Assembly: GCA_041650995.1 (NCBI GenBank)
Contig: JBAZJZ010000001.1
Span: 491,302 to 555,301 of the forward strand
Direction of reading: 5' to 3'
DNA: 64,000 nucleotides
From: Patescibacteria group bacterium
GTDB lineage: Bacteria > Patescibacteriota > Patescibacteriia > XYB2-FULL-38-15
Shown: piece after piece, positions 36,460 to 46,487 of the stretch
How the letters are laid out: every line of letters begins with the position of its first letter
How positions within the stretch are numbered: position 1 is the first letter of the stretch
Program-made: the position numbers and the translations under genes
Notes under the pieces: model-generated
Seen by the model: only the letters and a program-made list of their open reading frames with translations
Databases searched by the model: none
What the model was told of the DNA's origin: nothing

Positions 36460-36519
36460 TTGGTCATTTGAAATTTGGGATTTGTTTAGAAATTAGATAT
36501 TAGAAATTAAAAATTAATT

Positions 36520-38733
36520 ATGAATCTAGTCATTGTCGAATCTCCGACAAAGGCAAAAACTATCAGTAAATTTTTGAGTAAAGACTTCGTAGTTAAGTCT
36601 TCTTTTGGTCATCTTCGCGATCTGCCACAAAAAGAAATGGGCATTGATATTGAACATGATTTCGCGCCCCATTATGTCGTGCCGAGAAAAAATCAGAAGA
36701 CAGTTACTGATTTAAAAAAATCCGCCGCGAAAGCTAAATTCATTTACTTCGCGTCTGACGAAGACCGCGAAGGAGAAGCCATCTCTTGGCACTTAACTCA
36801 AATATTAAAGCCGAAAACCGGACAGGCTCGCCGGATTGCTTTTCATGAAATTACCAAAGATGCGATCTTAAAAGCCCTAGAAAATCCCCGCGACCTTGAT
36901 TTAAATATGGTTGATGCCCAGCAAGCCCGTCGGGTTTTGGATCGCCTGGTTGGCTATGAACTCTCCCCCTTTCTCTGGAAAAAAGTCGCCAAAGGTTTAT
37001 CCGCCGGCCGCGTCCAATCTGTCGCCGTCCGTTTAATTGTTGAACGCGAACGGGAAATTCAAAAATTTGTTCCTGAAGAATATTGGAATATTGAAGGCGA
37101 TTTTCAGAAAGATGATGGTAAGGAAAAATTTTCCGCGAAATTGAATAAAATTAATAACAAAGTTTTAGAAAAATTTTCAATTAAATCAAAAAATGAAGCC
37201 GATAAAATTTTAAAAGATTTGGCAGGTCGGAATTATCGCGTGGTCAATATTGAAGAAAAAGAGACAAAACGCACTCCCCCGCCGCCTTTTATCACTTCAA
37301 CCTTGCAACAAGATGCCAACCGCCGTTTAGGTTTTTCGGCGAAACAAACAATGCTCATTGCCCAACAATTATACGAAGGTGTGGATTTAGGCAACGAAGG
37401 TTCGGTTGGTTTGATTACCTATATGAGAACTGATTCAGTCAATCTCGCAGAAAAATTTCTGTCTGAATCGCGAGCATTCCTTAAAAAATCTTTTGGCGAA
37501 AAATATTTGGCTCCGAGTTCGCGGCGCTTTACAACCAAATCAAAACTCGCGCAAGAAGCTCACGAAGCAATACGCCCGACCGACGCCGCTCGCGATCCAG
37601 AATCCGTCCGGCCTTATTTAGATGATCACCAATTCAAACTTTATAATCTGATCTGGCGGCGGGCTATGGCTTCGCAAATGTCCGACGGGGCGCTTATTGG
37701 CACAGCTATAGACATTGAAGCAGAAAAATCCAGCGCAAAAATTTCTTATACTTTCCGCGCCAACGGCTTGACTATAAAATTTGATGGCTTCTTAAAAGTT
37801 TATGGCACAAGCCAAGAAACAATTTTACCTGTTTTCAAAATAAAAGAATTATTGGAATTATTAAAGTTAAATCCGAATCAGCATTTCACCGAACCGCCGG
37901 CCCGATATTCTGACGCTTCGCTTGTCAAAACGCTTGAAGAATATGGAATCGGCCGGCCATCAACTTACGCCCCAACAATTTCCACAATTATTGATCGCGG
38001 TTATGTTGAAAAAATTGAAGGACGAAGATTAAAACCAACTGAAATTGCCTTCACGGTGAACGATTTATTGGTGGAACATTTTCCAAATATTGTTGATTTT
38101 AAATTCACGGCTCGCATGGAAGACGACCTGGACGAAATTGCCGAAGGAAAAAAGAAATGGGTCCCGGTAATTAAAGAATTTTATATGCCATTCAAGGAAA
38201 ACCTTGACCAAAAATACAAAGATGTCAGCAAGGCCGAAGAACCGACTGAAGAAGTTTGCGAAAAATGCGGATCGCCTATGGTTATTAAAACGGGACGTTA
38301 TGGAAAATTTTTAGCTTGCAGCGGATTTCCCAAATGTCGAAATATCAAATCGCTCAGCGGCCAAACTGACGGCGGCCCGGCCGAACCGGAAACAACTGAC
38401 GAAGTTTGCGACAAATGCGGCGCGCCCATGGTCATAAAACACGGACGCTTCGGAAAATTTTTATCTTGTTCAAAATATCCTGAATGTAAAAACATGAAGC
38501 CGCTCGTGAAGTCCACGGGCGTTGCCTGCTCCGAATGTGGCAAGGGAGAAATTGTGGAACGGCGTTCAAAGAGAGGAAAAACTTTCTATTCCTGCAACCG
38601 TTATCCTGACTGTAAATTCGCTCTCTGGTCAAAACCGACCGGAGAAAAATGTCCAAAGTGCGGAAGTTTATTGGTCTACGGAAAGGGCGACACCGTTACT
38701 TGTTCCAGTAAAGAATGCGATTATAAAAAATAA
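36520..38733 (+). CDS. topA: DNA topoisomerase I with C-terminal Zn-ribbon repeats
   Basis: A Toprim N-terminus is followed by the topo IA core and four C-terminal Cys4 ribbons (CEKCGSPMV...CSGFPKC). Confidence 0.95.
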   Translation: MNLVIVESPTKAKTISKFLSKDFVVKSSFGHLRDLPQKEMGIDIEHDFAPHYVVPRKNQKTVTDLKKSAAKAKFIYFASDEDREGEAISWHLTQILKPKTGQARRIAFHEITKDAILKALENPRDLDLNMVDAQQARRVLDRLVGYELSPFLWKKVAKGLSAGRVQSVAVRLIVEREREIQKFVPEEYWNIEGDFQKDDGKEKFSAKLNKINNKVLEKFSIKSKNEADKILKDLAGRNYRVVNIEEKETKRTPPPPFITSTLQQDANRRLGFSAKQTMLIAQQLYEGVDLGNEGSVGLITYMRTDSVNLAEKFLSESRAFLKKSFGEKYLAPSSRRFTTKSKLAQEAHEAIRPTDAARDPESVRPYLDDHQFKLYNLIWRRAMASQMSDGALIGTAIDIEAEKSSAKISYTFRANGLTIKFDGFLKVYGTSQETILPVFKIKELLELLKLNPNQHFTEPPARYSDASLVKTLEEYGIGRPSTYAPTISTIIDRGYVEKIEGRRLKPTEIAFTVNDLLVEHFPNIVDFKFTARMEDDLDEIAEGKKKWVPVIKEFYMPFKENLDQKYKDVSKAEEPTEEVCEKCGSPMVIKTGRYGKFLACSGFPKCRNIKSLSGQTDGGPAEPETTDEVCDKCGAPMVIKHGRFGKFLSCSKYPECKNMKPLVKSTGVACSECGKGEIVERRSKRGKTFYSCNRYPDCKFALWSKPTGEKCPKCGSLLVYGKGDTVTCSSKECDYKK

Positions 38734-38838
38734 TTTTCCCCTCCTGCCTGAGGAGGGGTTAGGGGTGGTGGGAGAAAAACATAATAGGACACAAAAAACA
38801 CCTCGGCCTCCGCCGGGTGTTTTTATTATAATCAAAAT

Positions 38839-39138
38839 TTATCTAAGTTCTTTGAGCTGTGATAGAGCCTGGCTCAACGCTGTAGTTAATTCTTCCAAGC
38901 CACTGATCAATTTTCGCTTTTTTTCTTCACTGTCTTTCTCTCTTTCGACAACGTTCATCAACTTCTCAAGACTGCCCTGATGGCGAATTAATATAGCCAG
39001 GGATTCCGTTGCTTCTTCCGGAGAAAAACCAAACCTATCTCCCCCGTGTTCAAGAATCCATTGCTGATCTCTTAGCGCCCGCATTTTTTCTTTACCGCCC
39101 TCCTCCATTATAACTGGAGACTCTCTGCCCTCTGTCAT
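38839..39138 (-). CDS. Hypothetical acidic 99-aa protein
   Basis: The ORF is flanked by hairpin terminators. No recognisable motif was found. Confidence 0.4.
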   Translation of the reverse strand: MTEGRESPVIMEEGGKEKMRALRDQQWILEHGGDRFGFSPEEATESLAILIRHQGSLEKLMNVVEREKDSEEKKRKLISGLEELTTALSQALSQLKELR

Positions 39139-39476
39139 AAATTTAAAAAATTAATAATTAATTCCTCCACTTCCTATAGTACTCTCTCTGATTTTGTCAA
39201 AAATAAAAAAGACAGGGCCGAGACGGACCGTAACCCCTAAACCTATGGTGATGCTAGGGTGGTTGCTCGGACCCCGCCAATTTTATTAAAACATAAAAAA
39301 GAATAAAAATAAACACCCCGCCTTGCGGCGGGGTGTTTTGATTTGGGGTTGGTCCTCTATTTCACGAAGTGGAACAAAGGACTTACCTAGCATCACAAAG
39401 ATATCATAGCATAGTTTCTGTCATTTTGTCAAGGGTTATTTACAAATTCCCCGTTTTAATCTAAAATTAATTTGTT

Positions 39477-40958
39477 ATGATAACGATTGACGATTTAATC
39501 CAAAAAATTAAATTCTACGCGCCAAATGCCGACCTAGATTTGGTGCGCTTAGCTTTTGATTACGCCAAAAAAGCGCACAACGGACAAAAGCGACTTTCCG
39601 GCGAACCATATATTAATCACCCGCTTGCCACGGCCATGAATTTAGCGGAAATGAAATTACATCAAGATATTATCATCGCCGGTCTCCTGCACGATATCCC
39701 CGAAGAAACTCGTCCGGAAAACCCGGAAATCTCTATCCGAGAAATAAAACACAACTTTGGCGAAGAAGTGGCTTTCATGGTCCGCGGAATTACTAAACTA
39801 GGAAAAATAAAATATCGCGGCATGGAACGGTATTTAGAAAATTTGCGCAAAATGTTTATAGCTATGGCCGAAGATGTCCGAGTGATTTTCATCAAATTCG
39901 CTGATCGGCTGCATAATTTGGAAACGCTTGAAGCCCAGCCATCGGCAAAACAAAAACGCATTGCCATGGAAACAATGGAAATTTATGCCCCAATCGCAAA
40001 CCGTCTCGGTATGGGTGAAATAAAAGGTCGTCTCGAAGATCTATCTTTTCCCCACCTTTATCCTAAAGATTTTGAAAAATTAAGAAAAGAAGTTGCGCCG
40101 CGCTACAAAGCCAAAGAAGAATATTTGAAAAAAATAAGGGTAAAACTTTTAAAAACCATTGCCAATTTTTCTTTAGGCGCACCAGGAGAAAAGAGCAGTG
40201 AACAGCGGATTAAAGTTTATTCGATCCACGGCCGAACCAAGCGTCTTTGGAGTATACATAAAAAATTACAGCAAAAAGGATATGACGATCTTTCAAAAAT
40301 TTATGATTTAGTCGCCCTTCGAGTGATTGTGGAAACAGTGGCTGAATGCTACACGGTCTTGGGTATTATTCACCAATTATGGAAACCATTAAAAGGACGC
40401 ATCAAGGACTATATCGCTCAACCAAAACCAAACGGCTATCAATCTCTTCACACTACAGTTTTTTGCGATGACGGTGAAATCGTGGAATTCCAAATCAGAA
40501 CGAAAAAAATGCACGAAGAAGCCGAATTTGGTATTGCTTCGCACTGGTATTATGACGAAAAAGGATCAATGCCCGTTGCAAAAGATTTAAAATGGGTTAA
40601 AGAACTGACAAGGTGGAAAAAAGAATTTGAAGAGAATCAAAGATATTTAGAATCTTTAAAAATTGATGTTTTCCAAAACAGAATTTTTGTTTTCACGCCA
40701 AAAGGCGATGTTATTGATTTACCAGAAAATTCCACGCCGGTTGATTTCGCCTATACCCTACACTCTGATCTTGGAGACAAATGCGCTGGCGCTAAAATTA
40801 ATGAGCAAATGACAAAACTTGATACAAAATTACAAAGTGGCGACGTCGTGGAAATTATAATTGATAAAAATAGAAAAACTCCTTCGTCCGATTGGCTGAA
40901 ATTTGTAAAAACCAACGCCGCCCGGCATAAAATTAAAAGCCGACTGAAAACAAAGTAA
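39477..40958 (+). CDS. (p)ppGpp synthetase/hydrolase, RelA/SpoT family (HD + synthetase + TGS domains; no ACT domain)
   Basis: An HD motif is present (GLLHDIPEE). The synthetase region reads …DLVALRVIV…, and a TGS-like region follows (VFTPKGDVIDLPENSTPVDFAY). Confidence 0.85.
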   Translation: MITIDDLIQKIKFYAPNADLDLVRLAFDYAKKAHNGQKRLSGEPYINHPLATAMNLAEMKLHQDIIIAGLLHDIPEETRPENPEISIREIKHNFGEEVAFMVRGITKLGKIKYRGMERYLENLRKMFIAMAEDVRVIFIKFADRLHNLETLEAQPSAKQKRIAMETMEIYAPIANRLGMGEIKGRLEDLSFPHLYPKDFEKLRKEVAPRYKAKEEYLKKIRVKLLKTIANFSLGAPGEKSSEQRIKVYSIHGRTKRLWSIHKKLQQKGYDDLSKIYDLVALRVIVETVAECYTVLGIIHQLWKPLKGRIKDYIAQPKPNGYQSLHTTVFCDDGEIVEFQIRTKKMHEEAEFGIASHWYYDEKGSMPVAKDLKWVKELTRWKKEFEENQRYLESLKIDVFQNRIFVFTPKGDVIDLPENSTPVDFAYTLHSDLGDKCAGAKINEQMTKLDTKLQSGDVVEIIIDKNRKTPSSDWLKFVKTNAARHKIKSRLKTK

Positions 40959-41010
40959 AAAAATTAAAATAAAAATCACCCGCCGATTTGGCAGGTGGTT
41001 TTTTTGTATG

Positions 41011-41871
41011 TTATCTTTTGGAAATTTTTTTAATTATATCACTATATTCTTCATCACTATAAAAATGAATTATTATTTGGCCTTTCGCGCCTCTTTTCTT
41101 TATTTCCACCTTTGTCCCGAAAACACCGCGTAATAATTCTTCTTTAGCCGCGAGTGCCGGATCAACTTTTCTTTGTCTCACTCCTTTTACTTTTTTTACC
41201 GCGCTCTCTGTGTCGCGGACAGTCATTTCATTTTTCAAAATTTTAGAAAAATATTTTAATTGTGATTTCTCGTCGGGTAAAGACAAAAGTGTGCGACCGT
41301 GGCTTTCTTTTATCTTTCCACTTCGGAGCGCTTGTAAAATTTCTTCCGGCAAACTAAGCAAACGCAAAGTATTGGCAATAACTGGCCGACTTTTACCAAC
41401 TCTTACTGCTACTTCTTCCTGTGTTAAATTAAATTCATCCATCAATCTTTGAAATGCCCTGCCCTCTTCAATCGGATTTAAATTTTTCCGTTGGATATTT
41501 TCAATTAAAGCCAGCTCTAATTTTTCCTGATCCTTGGCTGTCCGGACAATCGCCGGTACAGTTTTCAAATTCAAAAATTTCGCGGCGCGGTAACGGCGTT
41601 CGCCGGCGATTAACTCATAGTTTTCTGCGTCAATTTTTGTGACGACAAGGGGCTGCAAAATCCCATGTTCCTTGATGGAATTTATCAAATCCTCCAAATC
41701 CTGATAGCCAAAATCTTCGCGCGGCTGTTTCGGATTCGGCCGGATGTTTTTCACAGGAACGTCAACGAGGCGAACACCCTGTGGCGCCGCTTCAGCTCCG
41801 GAAGAAAACGCTTGAACTATTCTTTTTGGAGGAATTAATGAATTTAGTCCTCTGCCCAGACCATATGACAT
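41011..41871 (-). CDS. parB: Chromosome partitioning protein ParB/Spo0J
   Basis: The ParB box reads LIAGERRYRAAKFLNL. Confidence 0.9.
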   Translation of the reverse strand: MSYGLGRGLNSLIPPKRIVQAFSSGAEAAPQGVRLVDVPVKNIRPNPKQPREDFGYQDLEDLINSIKEHGILQPLVVTKIDAENYELIAGERRYRAAKFLNLKTVPAIVRTAKDQEKLELALIENIQRKNLNPIEEGRAFQRLMDEFNLTQEEVAVRVGKSRPVIANTLRLLSLPEEILQALRSGKIKESHGRTLLSLPDEKSQLKYFSKILKNEMTVRDTESAVKKVKGVRQRKVDPALAAKEELLRGVFGTKVEIKKRGAKGQIIIHFYSDEEYSDIIKKISKR

Positions 41872-41889
41872 ATATATAATTTAAATTTT

Positions 41890-42654
41890 TTAAAATTTAA
41901 TTTCCAAAATTTCTCGCGCCAATCTTTCATATGCTTTAGCTCCCTTGCTTTTATCATCATAATGCAAAATCGTTAAACCATGAGATGGGGCCTCGGCTAA
42001 TCTGACGTTTCTCGGAATAACCGACCGAAAAATTTTATTTGGAAAATATTGATACAGCTCTTTTAAAATTGCGTCCGAAAGTCCGACGCGGCTATCAAAC
42101 ATAGTAATGACCGCGCCCAAAATTTTTAAATCCGGCTTGAGGTTATCTTGGACCAATTTAATTGTTTCAAGTAATTGACCAAGCCCTTCCAGGGCGTAAT
42201 ACTCCGCCTGAACTGGGATAAAAACATGATCGGCCGCGGTTAAACTATTTATTGTCAAAAGCCCAAGCGACGGCGGGCAATCAATAATGATGTAATCAAA
42301 ATCATTGCGTGCTTCAAGCAAAGCGTCATATAGACGAAATTCCCGCCTATCAGCACCAACAAGTTCCACGTTCGCTCCGGCCAAAGAAACCGTGGCTGGA
42401 GCAACTTTATAACCCTGAACAGGAGTATTTACAATAATATTTCTAAATGGTGATGCCCCGGCAATGGCTTCATATACACCCTTTTCTAAATTGCGATGAT
42501 CAATACCAAGCCCAGAGGTAGCATTGGCCTGCGGATCCATGTCCACGAGAAGAACAAATTTTCCAAGGTGTGCCAAATAAGCGCCCAAATTTACGGCAGT
42601 CGTCGTTTTGCCCACTCCGCCTTTTTGGTTGACAATAGAAATAATTTGAGCCAT
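41890..42654 (-). CDS. parA: Chromosome partitioning ATPase ParA/Soj
   Basis: A deviant Walker A motif is present (KGGVGKTTTAVNLGA). Confidence 0.9.
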   Translation of the reverse strand: MAQIISIVNQKGGVGKTTTAVNLGAYLAHLGKFVLLVDMDPQANATSGLGIDHRNLEKGVYEAIAGASPFRNIIVNTPVQGYKVAPATVSLAGANVELVGADRREFRLYDALLEARNDFDYIIIDCPPSLGLLTINSLTAADHVFIPVQAEYYALEGLGQLLETIKLVQDNLKPDLKILGAVITMFDSRVGLSDAILKELYQYFPNKIFRSVIPRNVRLAEAPSHGLTILHYDDKSKGAKAYERLAREILEIKF

Positions 42655-42732
42655 AATAAATTATCTGCTCCTTAAGATTTAATCATTATACCCAACTATT
42701 GCTTTTTTGACAACTTTGTCGTAAAATAAGAC

Positions 42733-42816
42733 TAAACTGACGCCGATGTGGCGGAACTGGCATACGCGTGCGACTCAAAATCGCATTCCCTTACGGGATT
42801 GTGGGTTCAACTCCCA
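42733..42816 (+). tRNA. tRNA-Leu (anticodon CAA), long variable arm; CCA not encoded
   Basis: It folds by hand: acceptor GCCGATG/CATCGGC, anticodon loop CTCAAAA, a 14-nt variable arm, and T-loop TTCAACT. Confidence 0.75.
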
Positions 42817-42876
42817 CCATCGGCACTTTGACAAAATATTATATATTAGTTATTCTAATATATAATATAAAATTAT

Positions 42877-42951
42877 AGCGGGGTGGAGAAGTAGCATCTC
42901 GCCTGGCCCATAACCAGGAGATCGCCGGTGCAAATCCGGCCCCCGCAACCA
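42877..42951 (+). tRNA. Initiator-type tRNA-Met (anticodon CAT) with non-canonical features
   Basis: It aligns to the bacterial tRNA-fMet consensus (GCGGGGTGGAG...CCCATAACC...AAATCCGGCCCCCGCAACCA) with an unpaired 1:72 position. It also has C33 in place of U33, and a D-loop lacking the GG dinucleotide. Confidence 0.6.
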
Positions 42952-43036
42952 AAAAATAATTGAATTATATAAAGCCGGGTTTGTAGGAAAGGGGTCGGGA
43001 AAACGTAGTTTTCCCGATTTGCGGAAATATTAAAAC

Positions 43037-43090
43037 CGCGGGGTTTTAAAGAGCGAGGCGATAAATCCGGCCCCCGCAACCAAGTTTTTT
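43037..43090 (+). repeat. Truncated duplicate of the initiator tRNA (5' CGCGGGG stem plus the 3' 20 nt AAATCCGGCCCCCGCAACCA)
   Basis: There is an exact 20-nt repeat of the tRNA 3' end 115 nt downstream of the full copy. The D and anticodon arms are missing from this copy. Confidence 0.6.
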
Positions 43091-43121
43091 TGTCTTTTTT
43101 AAATAAATCCAACGGTAGCGA

Positions 43122-43198
43122 GGCTGGGTAGCTCAGTTGGTTAGAGCGAGGGACTCATAAGCCCTAGGTCGTCGGTTCGATCCCGACCCCAGCCACCA
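43122..43198 (+). tRNA. Elongator tRNA-Met (anticodon CAT; tRNA-Ile2 not excluded)
   Basis: It forms a 77-nt cloverleaf with a G1-C72 pair, anticodon loop CTCATAA and T-loop TTCGATC, and CCA is encoded. Confidence 0.8.
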
Positions 43199-43205
43199 AA
43201 GTTTT

Positions 43206-43667
43206 ATGCTCTTAACAGTCCACGCTACAACCGGCGCCTTAATCGGCCAACAAGTAAATAATCCAATTTTAGCTTTTGTTTTAGGGTTCATATCTCATTT
43301 TGTTTTAGATATGATTCCTCACGGCGATCAAGATTGGATTGAAGAATATAAGAGCGACCAAAAGTCCAAAGCTAGAAAAATCATCTGCATTGTAGCCATA
43401 GATGCAATAATTTTATTTACTTTATTGGTTTCGCGATATTTCTACGGCGACTCCTTTGCTCCGAGTTTAAGTATCGCTTCAGGAATTCTCGGTGGCATTC
43501 TTCCTGATTTCATAGTCGCTTGCCATGAATTATCCGATAGACTCTTTAAAAATTTCTATCGATTCCATTTTATTGTCCATGATTTAATTAAAGTCAAACC
43601 AACAACTGCTCAAGGCCTAGCTTTTCAAGCCATTGTTACTGCCATTCTTTTATTAAATTTTATTTAG
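43206..43667 (+). CDS. Hypothetical integral membrane protein, possibly a YdjM-like metal-dependent hydrolase
   Basis: It is hydrophobic with a conserved-looking H..LD..PHGD pattern. The call rests on weak similarity. Confidence 0.35.
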   Translation: MLLTVHATTGALIGQQVNNPILAFVLGFISHFVLDMIPHGDQDWIEEYKSDQKSKARKIICIVAIDAIILFTLLVSRYFYGDSFAPSLSIASGILGGILPDFIVACHELSDRLFKNFYRFHFIVHDLIKVKPTTAQGLAFQAIVTAILLLNFI

Positions 43668-43711
43668 ACAAAAACCCGACCTTGCGGTCGGTTTTTTTAA
43701 TTTATTTTTTA

Positions 43712-44923
43712 TTAAACGTTTGCGACTTCTCCGTAAACTTTAAGTGTTTCCTCAGCGCATTTCTTCCAGTTAAATTTTTCAGCCTGGATTATCCCTTTTT
43801 TACTAAGTTCTTCCCGTAAATTCCGATCCACTAAAATTTTTTCTAACGCACTGGAAATTTCTAAAACTTTTTCTGGATTAATAAGTATGGCAGCTTGACC
43901 GGCAATCTCTGGCAGAGAGGATTTATTTGATGTAATTGTCGGAACTCCAAGAGACAATGCCTCAAGCACTGGCAAACCAAATCCTTCATAGAAAGATGGA
44001 AAAATAAAACAAGCGGCACCTTTCATTAAAGAAAATTTTTCGCGACCGGGAACATAGCCAATATATTTTATCTCTCCGCTTTCCCCTAACTTTTTTTGGC
44101 ACGCCTCAATTTCTTTAAAAACATTTTTATACTTCCATCCTCTAACCCCAGCTAAAATGAGCTGGTATTTTTTTTCTAAATTTTTATTTTTATAAATTAA
44201 ACCGCAAAACGCCTGAACTAAGGCAACGATGTTTTTCCTCGGCTCAATCGTCCCTAAAAATAGGGCGTAATCATCTTTAAGGCCGTATTTTACCTTTAAA
44301 TCTTCAAAACAAATTTCTGACTCTACGCCGCAGGCGGTTTCTTTTTTCGAAGGCAAATTTCTAAACTCCACCCCCTCATAAATCACTTCTACTTTCCCGG
44401 GATTTATTTTGAAAATTTCCGTAATATCTTTTTTGGTATTTTTTGAAACAGCGATAATTTTTTCTGCCTTTTTTAAACTTTTCGGAACCAACGTTTTAGT
44501 TGAAAAATTTTGACCTATCAAAAATTTTTTTGGAAACCACTCGGGATTTTTATATATAGCAAGATCATGAACCGTTACAACGGACTTTCCCTTGTAAGCC
44601 AAGGGCAAAGTATAGGCCGGCGAGTGGAAAACATCCAACTTTTCTTTCTCAATGGCGTTTGCCGTTAAAAGATGAGAAAAGGCAAAAGGTAGATAATGTT
44701 TATATTGATGAAATGGAAAAAATTTTATTTTTACATTTGGTGCGCCAACAATCATTTCTTCGGCGGCGTCTTTGGAAAGTAAATTATCAAAAAAAAGAAC
44801 GTACTCGTTCTTTTTATCTATCTTCAGGAGATTTTTTATCAAAAAAAATGTGTAATGTCCAACGCCGGCAGCTTCTCCATAACCCGGATTTAAAATTGTT
44901 CTACAGTCAATGCCAATGCGCAT
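43712..44923 (-). CDS. Glycosyltransferase family 4 (GT-B, group 1)
   Basis: A C-terminal EGFGLPVLEA motif and typical GT4 architecture are present. Confidence 0.8.
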   Translation of the reverse strand: MRIGIDCRTILNPGYGEAAGVGHYTFFLIKNLLKIDKKNEYVLFFDNLLSKDAAEEMIVGAPNVKIKFFPFHQYKHYLPFAFSHLLTANAIEKEKLDVFHSPAYTLPLAYKGKSVVTVHDLAIYKNPEWFPKKFLIGQNFSTKTLVPKSLKKAEKIIAVSKNTKKDITEIFKINPGKVEVIYEGVEFRNLPSKKETACGVESEICFEDLKVKYGLKDDYALFLGTIEPRKNIVALVQAFCGLIYKNKNLEKKYQLILAGVRGWKYKNVFKEIEACQKKLGESGEIKYIGYVPGREKFSLMKGAACFIFPSFYEGFGLPVLEALSLGVPTITSNKSSLPEIAGQAAILINPEKVLEISSALEKILVDRNLREELSKKGIIQAEKFNWKKCAEETLKVYGEVANV

Positions 44924-44942
44924 AATATAATATTGTATGATT

Positions 44943-45911
44943 TTACCATTGATAATTTACAAATGCCCAATCAACCAAACCCTTAATTTCTTTAAATCTG
45001 TCTTCCGCAGTCGCACTGCCTAAAACCACGGCAATTATTTTATGTCCTCCGCGCATAACTTCCACCGCTAAATTATACCCCGATTCTTCTATATAACCAG
45101 TTTTTCCCCCAATAAAATTATATGGTTCATCATTTAAAAAACTCCAAAGTAATTCATCTGTACTTTTTACATAATAAGTTTTCCCACTTCCGATCGGGTT
45201 GAAGACATATCTTTTTTGCAATGTTGCTGACCTGACCTCTTCCCGCGCCAAGGCCGTAGCAACAAGTTTTGCCACATCACGAGCCGTTCCCTGATTTTCT
45301 GGCAAAAGGCCCGTTGGATCAACAAAAATTGTATCTTTTAAGCTAAGCTCCTCTGCTTTTTTATTCATTTCCGCGACAAAATCTTTTTGCTCCAAACCGG
45401 TGGAGCGCGCCAGGGCAATCGCGGCGTTATTAACTGACCCAACTAAAGCCATATTAAACAAATCCTTAACAGTCACTTCTTCCGGCGAACGAGCGTAAAC
45501 AATGCCACCTTCACGATCGTCCGCTCTTGTCAAACGAATTACCTTATCCCAATCTGGGTCTTGATCCAAAAAAACCAAAACAGTCATCAGCTTGGTCAAA
45601 CTGGCCAAAGGTGTTTTTTCCTGAGGATTTTTTGCAAATAAAACTGTACCCGTACCTTCGTCAAAAACCAATACTGATTTAGCCGTTGTTAAAATTCCAA
45701 TACTCCGGCTATCTTCTTTCTTCCAAGGAGCGCGAGGTTCAGCTCTTGGTAAGCTAAATTGCTGGCCATCACCTTCACTTTGTGTATGGAGCGCCTCTTC
45801 CGCAATAATTTCGTCTGTTAAATCCGAAACAGTCGTCTCGGTGCTCCCTGGGGAATACGCAACAAACGGAGTAAAAATTAAGATTATACTTAGAATGATG
45901 GAAAACATCAT
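44943..45911 (-). CDS. D-alanyl-D-alanine carboxypeptidase (peptidase S11, PBP5-like)
   Basis: There is a signal peptide, and the SxxK motif appears in ASLTKLMT. The SxN-like and KTG-like (GKTG) motifs are also present. Confidence 0.75.
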   Translation of the reverse strand: MMFSIILSIILIFTPFVAYSPGSTETTVSDLTDEIIAEEALHTQSEGDGQQFSLPRAEPRAPWKKEDSRSIGILTTAKSVLVFDEGTGTVLFAKNPQEKTPLASLTKLMTVLVFLDQDPDWDKVIRLTRADDREGGIVYARSPEEVTVKDLFNMALVGSVNNAAIALARSTGLEQKDFVAEMNKKAEELSLKDTIFVDPTGLLPENQGTARDVAKLVATALAREEVRSATLQKRYVFNPIGSGKTYYVKSTDELLWSFLNDEPYNFIGGKTGYIEESGYNLAVEVMRGGHKIIAVVLGSATAEDRFKEIKGLVDWAFVNYQW

Positions 45912-46480
45912 ACAGTAACTTTATCTTGCGACGGCGCGTCGGTTGATAAATTTAAAATTTTATCTAAAATTTCGCTCTTTGATAATTTATCATAATCAGG
46001 CAATTCACTTTGTTTAGTAATTCCGAGATAACGCATGAAGTCGAAAGTAATATTGAAAAGTGGCTCTCCGCCTTTGTCGGAATTTTTTGATTCCGCCAAC
46101 CCCTTTATCATGAGGTTTCGTAAAATTAAACTGCAATTAACTCCGCGTATTTGTTCAAGATCGGATTTCGCGATTGGTCCACGATAAGCAATAATTGTTA
46201 ACGTCTCAAGCGCCGGACGAGTCAATTCCCCAGTCATTTCATCTTTTAAAAAATCTTTTACCATTTTTGAAGAATCCCCACGGGTGGCCATTTGATATTC
46301 ACCATCAATTTCCATGATTTGCACTCCTCTTTTATTATTTTCGCAATCGTCCGCCAAATCTGCTAATAATTTTTTAACCTCTTCTTTTTCCCCACCGACC
46401 TGCTCACATATTTTTTTCAAACTTAGGGGCCGACTCGCCACAAAAAGCAAACTTTCTATTTTTGATTTCAAATTAGCCAT
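45908..46480 (-). CDS. scpB: Segregation and condensation protein B
   Basis: The winged-helix ScpB pattern is present, and the gene sits next to scpA. Confidence 0.8.
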   Translation of the reverse strand: MANLKSKIESLLFVASRPLSLKKICEQVGGEKEEVKKLLADLADDCENNKRGVQIMEIDGEYQMATRGDSSKMVKDFLKDEMTGELTRPALETLTIIAYRGPIAKSDLEQIRGVNCSLILRNLMIKGLAESKNSDKGGEPLFNITFDFMRYLGITKQSELPDYDKLSKSEILDKILNLSTDAPSQDKVTV

Positions 46481-46487
46481 AAATAAA

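Noticed and set aside
42873-43112. Minus-strand 79-aa ORF overlapping the initiator tRNA and its duplicated fragment
   Set aside because: It lies entirely over the tRNA/tRNA-like sequence on the opposite strand and is almost certainly a spurious ORF.
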